In this document: positions 63,806-64,000 of the stretch, one piece after another
Layout of the letters: every line of letters starts with the position of its first letter
How positions within the stretch are numbered: the stretch's first letter is position 1
DNA from: Mobula birostris
Taxonomy: Eukaryota
DNA length: 64,000 nucleotides
Direction: 5' to 3'
NCBI RefSeq assembly: GCF_030028105.1
Contig: NC_092379.1
Coordinates: 19,507,309-19,571,308 of the forward strand
Translations under genes and position numbers: made by a program
Notes under the pieces: model-generated
Told to the model about the DNA's origin: nothing
The model's database searches: none
The model's input: only the letters and a program-made list of their open reading frames with translations

Positions 63806-64000
63806 CTTGAATGTTTTTCACATCCTGCCTGACACTGGTGTTGGAGGGGGGATGAGACACTGTGCATCTGAAAACTGAGCCTTCCTTCCACTCCTCTGTG
63901 CTCACGGTCAGGTCGTAGCTGGCAATGAAAGTCCCTGCCTGTTCCAGAGCAGTTGGTCTCACACTGGTGTTGGAAGAGATCAGAGAGTCCCCTTTCTCCC
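63806..64000 (-). CDS. IgW: Ig heavy-chain constant-domain exon (3' part), IgW CH4 / IgNAR C3 homologue
   Basis: (W)EKGDSLISSNTSVRPTALEQAGTFIASYDLTVSTEEWKEGSVFRCTVSHPPSNTSVRQDVKNIQ: C1-set motifs W, S.L......W, F.C.V.H. It resembles recalled IgNAR C3 (WEK...PTALEQ..TF...EWKSG..Y.CT.SHPPS). Phase-1 donor CAA G|GTATG matches the TM1 acceptor. The exon continues beyond the window. Confidence 0.9.

Overview
Vertebrate DNA, most likely a cartilaginous fish and probably a ray, judging from the repeat families and Ig type. About 85-90% of the window is decayed retroelements: CR1, Rex1/Babar, I/Nimb LINEs, Penelope, and four Ty3/Gypsy lineages. The only host gene is the 3' end of an immunoglobulin heavy-chain gene on the minus strand, best matching IgW. 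It comprises a C-domain exon homologous to IgW CH4/IgNAR C3 (63806 to beyond 64000), TM1 (61697-61839) and a tiny TM2 exon encoding VQQ* (40910-40921) that lies across a 20.8 kb, almost wholly TE-filled intron. V, D, J and upstream C exons would lie beyond the right edge. Main oddities: (1) there is no CH5, CH6 or canonical secretory tail between the CH4-like exon and TM1; (2) both splice donors read through in frame to alternative C-termini; (3) the left of the window is a decayed duplicate of the gene's 3' end that has lost TM2 and its AATAAA, and a CR1-inside-CR1 composite occurs three times and marks segmental duplications; (4) a 74-bp perfect local templated insertion sits inside an old LTR. 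TE boundaries are approximate to tens of bp. Identities were estimated by eye unless a count is given. Family and domain assignments rest on recalled motifs, not database searches.
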